The notes below the pieces were generated by a model. The model was not told where the DNA came from. It ran no database searches and worked only from the letters and a program-made list of their open reading frames with translations. 64,000 nucleotides of DNA from a virus (lineage: Duplodnaviria; Heunggongvirae; Uroviricota; Caudoviricetes): IMG/VR virus record IMGVR_UViG_3300028886_000053, one strand, 5' to 3'. Within the stretch, counting starts at the first letter, position 1; every line of letters begins with the position of its first letter. The translations under genes and the position numbers were made by a program. Of this stretch, positions 47,476 through 59,430 are shown piece after piece.

Positions 47476-49134
47476 GTGACTTCTTTGATAAATAGAGCAG
47501 CAGAAATAAGAAAACAAAATTTAATGCTAGAAGGCACCGGCAATGGGAGATTAGATTATTCAAAAATAAGAGTTGGAGCTAAAACACTTGAAGATGCAAT
47601 TTTAAATATTGGAGAATATAAAAGAATCAATCCTATTCTTGGTGATAAAAAAGAAGTATTAATGGCGATTAATACTGGTGATGTAGAAAGAATGAGATAG
47701 ATTTCTAATTTCTTTTATAAGACTAGTGGTATCTATGCTAGATTATGTAGATATATGGCATATTTATATAAATATGATTGGTTTATTACTCCATATATTG
47801 AAAATTGTGAAGGTTTACTTGATCAGGATAGCGGCCTGGGTGACGTCGGGGCAGGCTAGACTTAGGCAGATAATAAAGCCCGCAAAAAACAATTTGCTAA
47901 TTTCTTTAAAGTATTAAAATATTTTGAAGCATTTTAGGTAAAAAGATTTTGTGGTGAAGTTGCTCTAAAAGTCATCAGACATGGTTGTTACTATGGATAT
48001 TTAATTCCTAGACCAAATAAAATGACTATTCAAGAGTTGCCTATTAGATACTGTCGTACTCGTTATAAGGTTGACAATAGACCAGTTGTTTAGTTTAATA
48101 TGCACTATTTTGATGATCATTTCCATGATGAGAGACAGCGGCAAGCAATTTTAAAATTGTTCCCGCCAGAGTTTAAAAAGGGATATAATTTATATCGTAA
48201 AGGTAAATTAATGCCAACTTTTCCTGGTGATACTCCAGGATGGTATTTATTAGACCCTAAGAGTACAATTAAATTTAATCTTAATGATTAGGATTATCCA
48301 GCTTTTATTTCTGTTATCCCTGCTATTATCGACTTAGATAATGCTAAAGATTTAGATAGAAAGAAAATGGCTCAAAAGTTAATGAAAATTATTATTCAAA
48401 AAATGCCATTAGATAAAAATGGTGATTTAGTATTTGATATTGATGAAGTTGGAGAATTTCATAATAATGCAGTTAAAATGCTTACAAGAGCGATAGGAGT
48501 AGATGTTTTAACTACTTTTGCGGACGTTGATGTCGCTGATATGTCAGATCGAGGTACTACAACTACTGTAGATGAATTAGCAAAGGTAGAAAGAGGAGTT
48601 TATAATGAAGCTGGTGTTTCACAGCAACAATTTAATAGTGATAATAATACTGCTTTAAATAATTCTATTCTTAATGATGAAGCATCTATGTATAATCTTT
48701 TAGTACAATTTGAGTCGTTTTTAAATTTAATGCTTGAACAATTTAACAAATCTCCAAAGAAATGTTATTATCAAGCACAGTTTTTAACAACTACTATCTA
48801 TAATTATAAAGATTTAGCAAAGTTGTATAAAGAACAGGCGCAAATGGGATACAACAAAATGTTACCTCAGGTAGCACTTGGACAAACTCAAAGCTCAGTA
48901 TTAGCTAATGCGTACTTTGAAAATGATATATTAGATCTTGTCCGTGTATTTGTTCCTCCGCTTACTTCTAATACAATGAACGCTGAAGCACTACAAGCGC
49001 GGTCTGCGGCTACACGCGGAGGCTCGGGTCAAGCGGGAAATACTCCAGGTCAATCTGGAGAAGGGGCCGGCCGCCCTTAGAAATAGGATAATCAAAAAAG
49101 TGAAAAAACATTACAGAATAGAGAAAGTATGTAA
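47476..49134 (+). CDS. portal protein, TAG-recoded (about 8 in-frame TAG), GTG start, ends TAA
   Basis: One frame links fragments 47476..47700, 48100..48291 and 48367..49080, then continues through two TAGs to TAA 49132-34. Its position between terL and the scaffold/capsid genes supports the call. Confidence 0.55.
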
Positions 49135-49145
49135 GGGGGTAAAAT

Positions 49146-50534
49146 ATGAGTTTAGCGCATAAAAGTGTAGCGACGATAAAAAGTCCAGAGTTCATTAATC
49201 TTACTCCTCTTGATATTAATCCCTTAATGTCCGCATGTGAAATTAAAGTTTTTTATATTGGACAAAACCGTAATAAGAGTTTTATTTCTAAATAGGTTGC
49301 TACTTAGATGGCAAAGACTCTTAGAGGTGCTCCTATTGTTGGGTATTATAAACCAGATAAAGAGGATTTTACAGATCATGGTGAAGAAATAACGATTGAT
49401 GGGGATGGTGTTCATTTTAAAAATAACACTAAGCCATATGGATTTGTAGCTCCAGATGCGAAAGTCTGGTTTAAAGATTTTGAAGAGGAAGATGATTTTG
49501 GAAATTCCATAATTAGAACTTATCTAATGACCACTGGATATTTGTGGGAAGGTCAATTTGAAGAAGCTAAAAAAGTTTTTGAAGATGATGGAAAACCTCA
49601 TTCAATGGAATTAGATGAAAAAAGTTTAAAAGGACATTGGGCAACAAACCCAAATAATAATATGGAATTTTTTATAATTAATGACGCAATATTTGAGAAA
49701 CTCTGTATTTTAGGAGATGAGGTTGAACCTTGTTTCTAGGGTAGTGGTGTAACTGCTCCAGAGGTTAGTACAACCTTTTCTCTTGATGATAATTTTAAGC
49801 ATACTCTGTTCACTATGATGGAAGAATTAAAGTATGCTTTAGAAGGAGGCAATACTATGGCAAAAGTAGCTGAAGCTTCAGTAAATGAGACTGTTACTAC
49901 TATAGAACCTGAAGTAACAACAGAATTTACTGAGAATCAAGTTAATGAGAATGAGTCTTCATCTAGTGAGCAAGCGCCTGCTTCAGAATTTAAAAAGGAT
50001 GATGAAGAGGACAAAAAAGAAAAAGAAAATCCTTCTGAAAATGAGGATGATAAGAAGGATGAAGACAATGGCGGAGGTGCTTCTGATTCAGATGATGACT
50101 CTGCTAATGAAGAAAAGAAAGATGAAGAAGATAAGAAGAAGAAATTCACTGTCCTTGAACAGGAATATAATGAGTTGCAAACTAGTTATACTTCTTTGAA
50201 GGAAGAAGTTGAAGAACTAAGAACTTTCAAGAAAAAAATAGAGGACAAAGAGAAGGACGACCTTATTAAAGATTTCTATATGCTTTCTGATGAAGATAAG
50301 AAAGATGTTATTGAACATAAGAGTGAATATTCATTAGAAGATATTAAATCTAAATTAGCAGTGATTTGCTTTGAAAAGAAGGTCAATTTTAATTTAGACA
50401 CTTCTTCTGAAAATGAAGAATCAACAGTAGAAGAGGATGAAAATCCTGTTACTACTTTTGATATTAAGGCAACTGAAGATTCAACAGTTCCTGAATGGGT
50501 TAAGGCGGTTGAATCTGCAATGAATAGATATTAA
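49146..50534 (+). CDS. probable prohead protease/scaffolding protein (single frame, 3 in-frame TAG). The acidic C-terminal half is scaffold-like.
   Basis: Strong SD AAGGGGG before ATG 49146. The frame joins fragments 49308..49739 and 49815..50534. The C-terminal 240 aa is D/E/K-rich and coiled-coil. It could alternatively be two genes. Confidence 0.4.
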
Positions 50535-50551
50535 TTAGGAGGATACTTAAT

Positions 50552-51172
50552 ATGGCAAAAGAAAGAATCGGCTATGGACAAGTAGAACGCCAACACATGG
50601 CTGCTCCACATAACGGTCAAATCTATGCTCAACTTCCTGCTCTTAATGCTAACGGTACTCCAATCGCTCAGCTTGAGAATGGACAGTTTTTAAAATATGA
50701 TTATGCAAATGGTAAGGCTGGAGTTGGAACATCTGGTGATGGCAAAGAATGGTTCCTTGTTTATAATGAAGAAAAGTTATATGACGAGAGATACCAAAAT
50801 CATAAAGATTTTGCTATGAAGGCAGCAGATATGTCTGATGGTACTATCTATCCTAGACTTTTAAGAACCTTTGTTGGTGATATTTTCACAACAAATACTT
50901 TTAAGGGTCCTAAGGGTACTGTAACAGATAAAGAAGGTAAGATTGATGATATTCCGGATCTTGCTATTGGTGATTATGTAGTAATTGGTGATGATGGTTG
51001 GTTAGTAAAAGGTACGGGTACAGGAACTGATGGAGTAAATCCTCCAACTGGTACTGGTATTGTTTTCCAGGTTATTCCTCATTTTACACAAATGGGTATG
51101 GCGGCTGCTGATAGACCAGCTTATACATTACCTGATGGACAATGGGCTGTGAAGCTTCAAAGAATACGCTGA
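50552..51172 (+). CDS. head decoration / minor capsid protein (no TAG)
   Basis: ORF track, 206 aa. SD AGGAGG. Immediately upstream of the major capsid protein. Confidence 0.4.
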   Translation: MAKERIGYGQVERQHMAAPHNGQIYAQLPALNANGTPIAQLENGQFLKYDYANGKAGVGTSGDGKEWFLVYNEEKLYDERYQNHKDFAMKAADMSDGTIYPRLLRTFVGDIFTTNTFKGPKGTVTDKEGKIDDIPDLAIGDYVVIGDDGWLVKGTGTGTDGVNPPTGTGIVFQVIPHFTQMGMAAADRPAYTLPDGQWAVKLQRIR

Positions 51173-51188
51173 TAAGGAGGAAATAACG

Positions 51189-52307
51189 ATGGCTTTAGAT
51201 AGAAATCAACTTTTAGCATTAGCTAAGGCTACTGCACGTGCTTCATTAAATCCTTCAACTGCGTTCGCTTGGGGCGATAAGAAATTAACATTTGAAGCTC
51301 TTAATGAAGTTTTTCAAAAAGAAATGAATGAACTTGCTGGTACATACGCTTTGTACCGTGAGAATAAGAATACAATTTTCAGACTGATTGAAGAAGGTCT
51401 TGATGAAATCCTTCCTGCAAAGGTTATGCAGAATTATGGTCAGTTTGCTGATACTAAGACCTATGCACAAGGTGACAAGCCTGTGTTCCGTGTAAGAGTT
51501 AGTGAATACTCTAAGAAGAGAGCAAAGAGCTTTGTAACAAGAGTAGGTCTTGCTGGTAGATATGAGACATTCAAGCTTGATGGATACACAATGGAAGTCA
51601 ACATGGCTGCATACGGCGGAGCAGCTGAAATCGGCTTTGAGGAATTCCTTGATGGCCGTATTACAATGGCTGATGTTTATAATTTAGTTCTTGAAGGTCT
51701 TGATGAAGTAGTTTATAAAGAAATTGCTAAGGCAATGGAATCATTAGCAGACAGTACAAGTATTCCTAAAGCTAATAAGGTTAAGGGAAATAAATGGAAT
51801 GAAACTGAATTTGACCGTTTAGTTGCTACTGCTGATGTTTATGGCAAGAGTACAATTTATTGTACTTATGAGTTTGCAGCAACTATTCGCCCTGCAAATT
51901 CTGGTGACCTTTCTGATGGTATGAAGGAAGATTTATGGAATAATGGTTCTTTCAAGAACTATAAGGGACATACTATTATTGTTCTTCCTCAGAGCTTTGA
52001 GGATGCTAATAACTTAGTCAAAGTTATGGACCCTTCCATTGCTTGGATTATTCCTACTGGAGCAGAAAAACCTGTTAAGGTTGCTTTCGAAGGAAGCTCT
52101 GCTGTTAGAGAAGTGGAGAATGATGATTGGTCAAGAGAAATCCAGACTTATAAGAAAATGGGAGTTGCAGTTTATAATATAAATCCTGGTATTTGCGTAT
52201 TTAAGAATACTTCTCTTACAAAGGATAATTTACCTAGACTTACTGGCGCTAATGCTGCAACTTTTGATGCAAATACAAATTGGTACACACTTCCTGACAA
52301 TTATTAA
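51189..52307 (+). CDS. major capsid protein (HK97-fold-like), no TAG codons
   Basis: ORF track, 372 aa. SD AAGGAGG. Sits between scaffold and head-tail genes and is followed by a strong terminator. Confidence 0.65.
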   Translation: MALDRNQLLALAKATARASLNPSTAFAWGDKKLTFEALNEVFQKEMNELAGTYALYRENKNTIFRLIEEGLDEILPAKVMQNYGQFADTKTYAQGDKPVFRVRVSEYSKKRAKSFVTRVGLAGRYETFKLDGYTMEVNMAAYGGAAEIGFEEFLDGRITMADVYNLVLEGLDEVVYKEIAKAMESLADSTSIPKANKVKGNKWNETEFDRLVATADVYGKSTIYCTYEFAATIRPANSGDLSDGMKEDLWNNGSFKNYKGHTIIVLPQSFEDANNLVKVMDPSIAWIIPTGAEKPVKVAFEGSSAVREVENDDWSREIQTYKKMGVAVYNINPGICVFKNTSLTKDNLPRLTGANAATFDANTNWYTLPDNY

Positions 52308-52339
52308 TTTTATTAAGTAATATATTAAAAAAGAACTAT

Positions 52340-52388
52340 AAGGGCTTAAATATTATATAGGGTATAATGTTTAAGCCCTTTTTTTACT
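52340..52388 (+). terminator. rho-independent terminator after the major capsid gene
   Basis: Hairpin AAGGGCTTAAA...TTTAAGCCCTT followed by TTTTTTT. Confidence 0.65.
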
Positions 52389-52410
52389 AGAGATAAAAGG
52401 AGTTTTTATA

Positions 52411-52967
52411 ATGGATAGAAATACAATAATTAAAATTTGTAATAGAGATGACGCGGCAGTATTTTATGATATTCCAGAAATGAATGGATTACATAGAGTT
52501 TTTCAGCCAAATGAAGTAAAAGAAGTTACGTTAGGAGAACTTATTAAATTATCTTATGAACCAGGTGGAATGGATTTACTTAGAAATAATTTCATTCTCA
52601 ATAATAAAGAAGCAATTAATATGATTTTAGGAGAAGTTGAACCTGAATATAATTATACTCCAGTTGATATTAAAAATTTATTATTAAATGGCTCTTTAGA
52701 TGAACTTCTTGATTGTTTAGATTTTGCTCCAGAAGGAGTAATTGAAATTTTAAAAGATTTGGCAGTTGAGTTACCTTTAAATGATGTAGCTAAAAGAGAA
52801 GCTATTTTAAATAAAACTGGTTTTAATGTAACTAATGCAATTGAAATTAAAAAAGAGGTTTAGGCTGATATAGAAAAACCTGCGGCCGGTCCTATTAAGA
52901 GACGAGTTACAAAAAAGGCTTAGTCTAGTCCAGCCGAGGAAACCAAAGGCCGCCGCGTGATTAAATA
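52411..52967 (+). CDS. hypothetical head protein (1 TAG, ends TAA)
   Basis: ORF track 52411..52863 continues through a TAG to TAA near 52965. Confidence 0.4.
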
Positions 52968-52983
52968 ATAAATTAGGAGGTGT

Positions 52984-53538
52984 ATGATGGATGAGATGAA
53001 TTGTACACCTTTCTCTGTTGTTTATGACAGTTTTCTTTCAAAAATTACAGATGATATGTATATGGAATTAACTCCTTAGGATACTGATAAGATTTTATAG
53101 GAATTATTAATTTCTGCTTTACCTAAATTTGAATTTCCAAGACAGAATCTTTAGTATGAAGAAATGCCGATAGAAGGGGAATTTGATGAAATAGGAGAAC
53201 CATTTACAACACAATGTTTTGTAAATAAATTAACTCAATAGGAAGTAAATATAATTGCAACTTATATGATTGTAGAATGGTTAGGGCAGCAATTAGCTAC
53301 TATTGAAAATACTCGTATGAAATATAGCGGGAGTGATTTTAAATTCACCTCTCAGGCTAACCATATGCAAAAAATTCTACAATTAAAGAAAGATTACGAG
53401 AGAGAGGGATTCCACTTACAGAGACTATATAAAAGACGTAAGAGAGATCCTGAAAGTGGAATTTATAAATCAACAATTAGCTCTATAATGGAGAAACAAC
53501 CTAGAGGAGGAACTGGCGAATGGAACAAATGGTTTTAA
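52984..53538 (+). CDS. head-tail connector/adaptor-like protein, TAG-recoded (4 TAG)
   Basis: Frame from ATG 52984 includes fragment 53266..53538 and ends TAA. Confidence 0.4.
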
Positions 53539-53849
53539 CTTTAGGTATTTCTATTAGCAAGAGCGCAATAGATAATAATTTAAAAAGAATTATAAATCAA
53601 GTTTATAAATTACTTCCTTTAAGAGAAGAAGGAAAAAATTGGGAAAAACCGTTAGAAACTTTAATCGAGGAACTTGCGGGAATGGCTGATTTAATAGATG
53701 GCTAGGAAGAATTATTCTTTTCTATATTATGTAAAATGAAAGGATTGCTTAGTTTAGCTAGTGAACTTGATATGGTTACTTATCGAAGAACTATATTAGA
53801 ACTTCTAAGTTTACTAAGTGAGTTAAAAAGATATGTCTGCTAGAGATAA
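53520..53849 (+). CDS. hypothetical neck protein (2 TAG), ends TAA
   Basis: Frame 0 from ATG 53520 to TAA 53847-49. Confidence 0.35.
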
Positions 53850-53850
53850 T

Positions 53851-55137
53851 ATGCGGAAACGGTATCGGGCCGATTTAAATAAAAATCCTAGCCATTCATA
53901 TGATTTCGGTTCCGGTTTAGATAAAATGAGTAAACGGTTAAGTGTTTTTGGTGGTGAAGACCAATGGACGAGAATGAGATAGGATAAACTAAGAAGTTTG
54001 AAAAAAGCTTTATTAGCATCTTATCAAAGAGCAATCGTTCAAAAATATGATGTTAAAAAAGATAGTTTAGCAAATAATATTATTTCTATTATTACTTTAC
54101 TCCAAGATAATCAAGAGTTAAGTGATAATCAGAATAATATTTTAAAAACATTAGAAGATTAGTATACGAGTTTAGCTGTTATAGATGATAAATATTCAGC
54201 TAGGTATATTCAGAGCTTAGAAGAAATTGTTGATTCTCTTACTTCCACCGCTCCTATGTTTAAAGCTCTGATTAATCATGATAAATTAAAAGTGGATTAT
54301 GAAGATAAGATCCTTTCGATCCCCTTTAGGGAAGCACCGGAAGATAGTGAAGAATAGATAGATACTGATTTTCATAATGGGACTGTCTTTAAATGGGTCC
54401 ATGGTAATAAAGAAGAATGGACGCCAGACACATATTGGATTGTCTATATGCAGTATTCTGAAGAAACTGCTTATTTTAGAGCGGAAATTCGCAAAGCCGA
54501 TGAATAGATTTAGATTATTGTTATAGACGAAGATGGTAATGAAAATGCAGTTAGTTATAGAGGATGGATGACGGGACCAAATGAAACTACAGCTCTTTGG
54601 AATACAAAGCGTGGTGTTGTTTGGAACGATATGAATTATACCAAGTTATTATATATAACAAAAGATGAAGATACTTTAGCATATTTTCAACGCTTTGATA
54701 GGATAATAATTAATGGTAAACCCTGGGAAGTGCAAGCCTATAATGAAAATTATAGTACTAGTAAAACAGGGGATTTTAGTTCAGGTATTATAAGAGTGGC
54801 GTTAAAAGAAACATATACTTCTGCGGATCAGTTCGTTAAGGAAGTGAAAAATGCGGAAGCCGCTCAGATCTAGGCGGAGGCTGCCTATGATGCAGAACAT
54901 ACCTAGGCTAGAATTGATGGACCGGCCGCCGCACATCCTTACGATATATTAATATATAAAGCTAAAAATTATGAATAGCCGCAAGACTGGTTCGTTTCTG
55001 ATACCTCTCTTGTTAAAGTATTAGAGTATAATGAAGATACTTTAAAACTTGAGGTTATTGCTAAAAAGGCTAATAAAGAAGGTTTCCAAATTGGATATGG
55101 ATAGAATATTATTCAGATTCCTATTGAGCCTCTATGA
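53851..55137 (+). CDS. virion morphogenesis protein (about 429 codons, about 9 in-frame TAG), ends TGA
   Basis: Frame 1 from ATG 53851 includes fragment 54568..54873 and ends TGA 55135-37. Confidence 0.4.
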
Positions 55138-55154
55138 GATAAAAGGAGTTTATT

Positions 55155-55798
55155 ATGCGTTATGATTTAATTTCAACAAAAAAGATATTTTCTCCCTTTT
55201 TCTCTTGTCCATAGGACATTAATAAATTTTTAGAAACACTTTTTATAAAGAACCGTCCTTATAGTAATATATTGAAGCGGTTGTTAATAATTAATTCTCC
55301 CGATTGTTTAGATCCGGCAAAGGATGAAGAGTACAATGCTATTGTTGATAAGTATACAGTAAAAAGGATGATCGAAGAAGGATATATTCGATTAAATCCT
55401 AAAATTGCTCGTGGAACGCATGAAGAAATTAAAAGTTATATTATTATAACTCAAGATAACTTTTCTCAAAATAGACGTTCTTCACAATATCGAGATTATA
55501 TAATTAATATGGATATTGTTTGTTATAATGATGCATGGGTATTAAATGAATTAAAAGTTCGTCCTTTAATGATATGTGGGTATATCGACGGTATTTTAAA
55601 TAGTCTTTCTGATGAAACTAAAGATTCTTCTAAAACATTACCATCAAGAATTAAATTAACTGGTATTGGTTATTATAAATTCTTAGGATGTAATCTTGTA
55701 GTTTTGAACGAAGATATTTCAATGTATACGCTATCTTATTTGGGATAGCATTTTACAGAAGACTTGGGAGAAGAACAGGTTGATTGAGAAAATTGCTT
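55155..55798 (+). CDS. hypothetical tail/neck protein (SD AAAAGGAG, 2 TAG)
   Basis: Frame 0 from ATG 55155 joins fragment 55272..55748 and continues to TGA near 55796. Confidence 0.4.
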
Positions 55799-56561
55799 TA
55801 TTATCAAAACGAGATATACCCTATGAAGCAGCGTAGCTTATTATTCATCAACCTACTATAAAGTAGATTTCTTATATTGGAGAAAATAATTTTTTTAAAG
55901 GATGTCAATATTTGAATTTTTCTAAAAATAGTCTTTAGGTAAAGGACAAAATTAATTTAGAAAAAGTTTCAGATTTTGAAATATTAATGACGATATTAAA
56001 GAATAAAGATTCAAATATTTAGGAAGCTAAAATTTGTTTACAAGAAGTTTTTTTATTAATACTTCCAGATTATAAAGTAGTTTTTCTCCCTACTTGTATA
56101 TTATTTTCACGTAAAACCTAGGATGGTTTTGAAGAACATTCTTTAACGAAAGAAAATTTCGAGGGTTTTAAAAATATTGTGTCAGAAATGTTTTGTTTGA
56201 AATATATACAGGGTGAGAGTGGACAAGGCGGTTATAATCCTGGAGGACCTCAGGCACGAGCATTAGTAAAGAAATTTCAAGAAAGACAGGCTAAATTAGC
56301 TAAACTAAAAGGAAAGACTGATAAGACTTCTATTGAAGTTTTATATCGTTATATTTCTGTGTTGGCAGTAGGTTAGCATAAAGATATAAATTAGTTAATG
56401 AATTATTCTTTATATCAATTAGTAGATTAGTTTCGGCGTTTTAAAATGGCAGATGATTATGAAACTGTTTTTAGATTAAAATTAGCTGGAGCTAAAGATG
56501 TTGAATCCGTCCCTCATTGGATGGGTGATTTAGATGACAAATTATAAGGAGGATACACACA

Positions 56562-57578
56562 ATGAAATTTGGTGTAAGAGAATGTGCAAATATTGTATTC
56601 CGTGCAAAACAGGAAACAAAAATTGGTACAAATACATTCCACGTTGGTCAACCAGTCCTTTATATTGATACAGCAACAGCATCTTCAATGGAACAGGCTT
56701 CTACTTCTGTGTATGCACAAGGTGGTAGAGGTAATGCAAGATTAATCGCATGGGAAGGTGACAAGACTCTTACTTTCACTTTAACTGATGCTCTTATTTC
56801 TCCTGTTTCATTAGCTATGCTTTCTGGTGCTGGACTTGTTAAGGAAGCTGGTAAGAATGTACATGTTCATGCTACGACTAGAGCAACTATGACTATTGAT
56901 AGTAGTGGTAGTGGTGTTATTGATTTAACAGATGCTTTAAGAACTTTCGGTCCTGTATCAGGTACTAATCAAGTTACTGTTGATGCTGGTACAGATGCAC
57001 CTATCTTTATTATTTTAACAGAAGATGATGGTTCTATTACTGGTGATATAATTACATCTGCTGCTGATATAACTTTTGCTTATGATAATAGCGGTAAGGG
57101 TATTTTAACAATTCCTTCTCCTAAGAAAAATAATGAAGGAGAGGCTCTTAATAAGAGTATAAATGTAATGGTGGATTATTATGTAATTAAGAAAGCAGAA
57201 ACCGTTTCTGAAATTCAGATTACAGCTGCTGACTTTGCTGGTTATTATTATGTTGAAGCTGATACATTATTCAGAGCACAAGCTACTGGTATTGATATGC
57301 CTGCCAACTTAACATTCCCTAATGTTAAAGTTCAGTCTGGATTTACTATTTCAATGTCTGGTACTGGTGATCCTTCTACATTTGATTTTACAATGGATGC
57401 TTTCCCTGGATATACTTATTTTGATAAGTCTAAGGAAGTTCTTTGCGTAATTCAAGTTGTTGAAGACAGTAATGCTGCTGCTTCTGAAGGACATAGTGTA
57501 ATGTTAAGTAACGATGCTAGAGAACATACTGGTCCTTTATTAGGAGATAGTGATATTGGACAGCCTACTGGCATTTGA
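56562..57578 (+). CDS. major tail (tube) protein, no TAG codons
   Basis: ORF track, 338 aa. SD AAGGAGG. G/S/T-rich beta-type sequence. Followed by a terminator and then the chaperone and tape-measure genes. Confidence 0.55.
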   Translation: MKFGVRECANIVFRAKQETKIGTNTFHVGQPVLYIDTATASSMEQASTSVYAQGGRGNARLIAWEGDKTLTFTLTDALISPVSLAMLSGAGLVKEAGKNVHVHATTRATMTIDSSGSGVIDLTDALRTFGPVSGTNQVTVDAGTDAPIFIILTEDDGSITGDIITSAADITFAYDNSGKGILTIPSPKKNNEGEALNKSINVMVDYYVIKKAETVSEIQITAADFAGYYYVEADTLFRAQATGIDMPANLTFPNVKVQSGFTISMSGTGDPSTFDFTMDAFPGYTYFDKSKEVLCVIQVVEDSNAAASEGHSVMLSNDAREHTGPLLGDSDIGQPTGI

Positions 57579-57597
57579 TGAATGAAATGAATTAAAT

Positions 57598-57631
57598 GGG
57601 AAGGAAATGAATATTTCCTTCCCATTTTTTG
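57598..57631 (+). terminator. rho-independent terminator after the tail tube gene
   Basis: Hairpin GGGAAGGAAA-TGAAT-ATTTCCTTCCC followed by ATTTTTTG. Confidence 0.6.
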
Positions 57632-57652
57632 TGTTTGTGGAGGTGGTTGAAT

Positions 57653-58741
57653 ATGGCAAGTTATTGGAGACAATTATCGAATCAAAATTTAAGTTCATCT
57701 GAATATTTAGATAAAGAAATTCATTCTACAATAATAAATAAATTTGGAGGACAAACTAATAAAGACTGGAGTCAAGAAGAAAAACGAGCCAAATAGTTAG
57801 AAAAATATTTATATTAGATAAAAAATTATTTAAATGATGATTCTAAAGAGAATGTTTTTACAGCAAATGAAAAACAATTATTAAGAAATAATTTAGACTC
57901 TCAATTAAAAAATTTTTTAAAAACTTCAGGAGGAACAACTTTTGAAAAAGAATTAGTTGATTTAAATTTAGCTTTAATAAAAATTTTTACTTCAGAAACA
58001 ATTGATATAGAAGCAAAAACTTATTAGATTTGGACAGGTTCACAATTAAATAAAGCTATAGAGAATTTGGGAAAAGATGTAGTAAAAGCTTTTGGAATAA
58101 AAACTTATAAATATATAGATAAAATGCACAAGGAAAAAGGAAAATCAGCTTATATTCAATCGACCCAAATAAAAATTGATTTAATAACGCAGGGTGTAGA
58201 AGTAGCCCAAAATATACAAGGAACTTCTCATTTACAAAAATTTTTTTAGTTATATGCTAATGCGAGTTTTTCTGCAAAAAATTATAATTTAACTAAAAGA
58301 AAAAGAGATATTTCTTTAGGAAGTACGTCATTAGGAAGAATATTTTTTGATTTTTTACCTTTTATAGACCCTATTTTTTCAAACTCTAATATAATTTCTT
58401 CTTTTGCTATTGCTTTAATGAATAGAAAAACAGGTATTAATTTATCAGAGCCTAAAGAAGCAGATGAAAGAATTGATATTCATTTAGACCATATTAGAGT
58501 AATATATTAGTTACAAGGATTAGGTCAATCAATTAATAATAAAAATAATAATGATATTCAATAGCTATAGCAATATATTAATAGAGGAGTAGATTTTTTA
58601 ATTATTAATGATTTTGGAAGTGATATAATTCAAGTGGAGAGTACTAGAGCATTGTTGGCAAAATTTTTAGAAGAGGAAAAAAATAATATTTTTAAAATGA
58701 GAAATGTTCAAAATTTAAGACATACAGAATTTAAAATTTGA
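57653..58741 (+). CDS. hypothetical tail protein, TAG-recoded (about 8 TAG), ends TGA
   Basis: Frame from ATG 57653 includes fragment 58067..58249 and ends TGA 58739-41. Confidence 0.4.
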
Positions 58742-58797
58742 CAAAATCTAAAATTTATGTTATAATAAAAATAAGAGTTAAAAAGGAGGTATGACAT

Positions 58798-59340
58798 ATG
58801 TTATACAAAGATTTAAATTTAAAAGTAAAAGACCAAATTGAAACCATTTCAATTCAAGGACAAGATATAAATATACTTCAATATCTTCCAGTCCGTGATA
58901 AAAATGACTTAGTTCAAATTGCACTTCAAAATTCAAGAGAGAATGGGGTTATAAATGAAATTAAACTTGAAATATATTTTAATATTTATATCGTTTATTT
59001 TTATACCGATCTTGTTTTTAGTGAGGAAGAAAAAGCGGACCCCGGTCAATTATACGACGAACTCTAGAGTAATGGTATTTTAACTAGAATTCTTGGAGCA
59101 ATGAATTAGGACGAATATAATAATCTCGTAGATTATTTAGAAAAAATGAGAGCGGCTCAAGATGCTTATGAGAATAGTGCGGCAGGTGTTATTAAGATGT
59201 TTATCTAGGATCTTCCGAAGAATGCAACGGAGGCCGCAGATTTATTAAAGAATGTAGATTTAAGTAAATATGAGTAGGTTAATAAATTTGCTGAAGCTGC
59301 TAATGGTGGTAGACCTGTTCCTACTCTTGTTGAGAATTAA
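58798..59340 (+). CDS. tail assembly chaperone (gpG-like), 4 TAG, ends TAA
   Basis: ORF track 58798..59067 (EEEKADPGQLYDEL) continues through TAGs to TAA 59338-40. It sits directly upstream of the tape measure gene. Confidence 0.45.
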
Positions 59341-59367
59341 AAATTCGGACTAAAATGATTAATTTAT

Positions 59368-59413
59368 AGTGCCTTCTTTATAATAATATATAAAGAAGGC
59401 ACTATTTTTTATT
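59368..59413 (+). terminator. hairpin plus T-run between chaperone and tape-measure genes
   Basis: AGTGCCTTCTTTATA...TATAAAGAAGGCACT followed by ATTTTTTATTTT. Confidence 0.5.
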
Positions 59414-59430
59414 TTAAAAATAAAGGAGGG

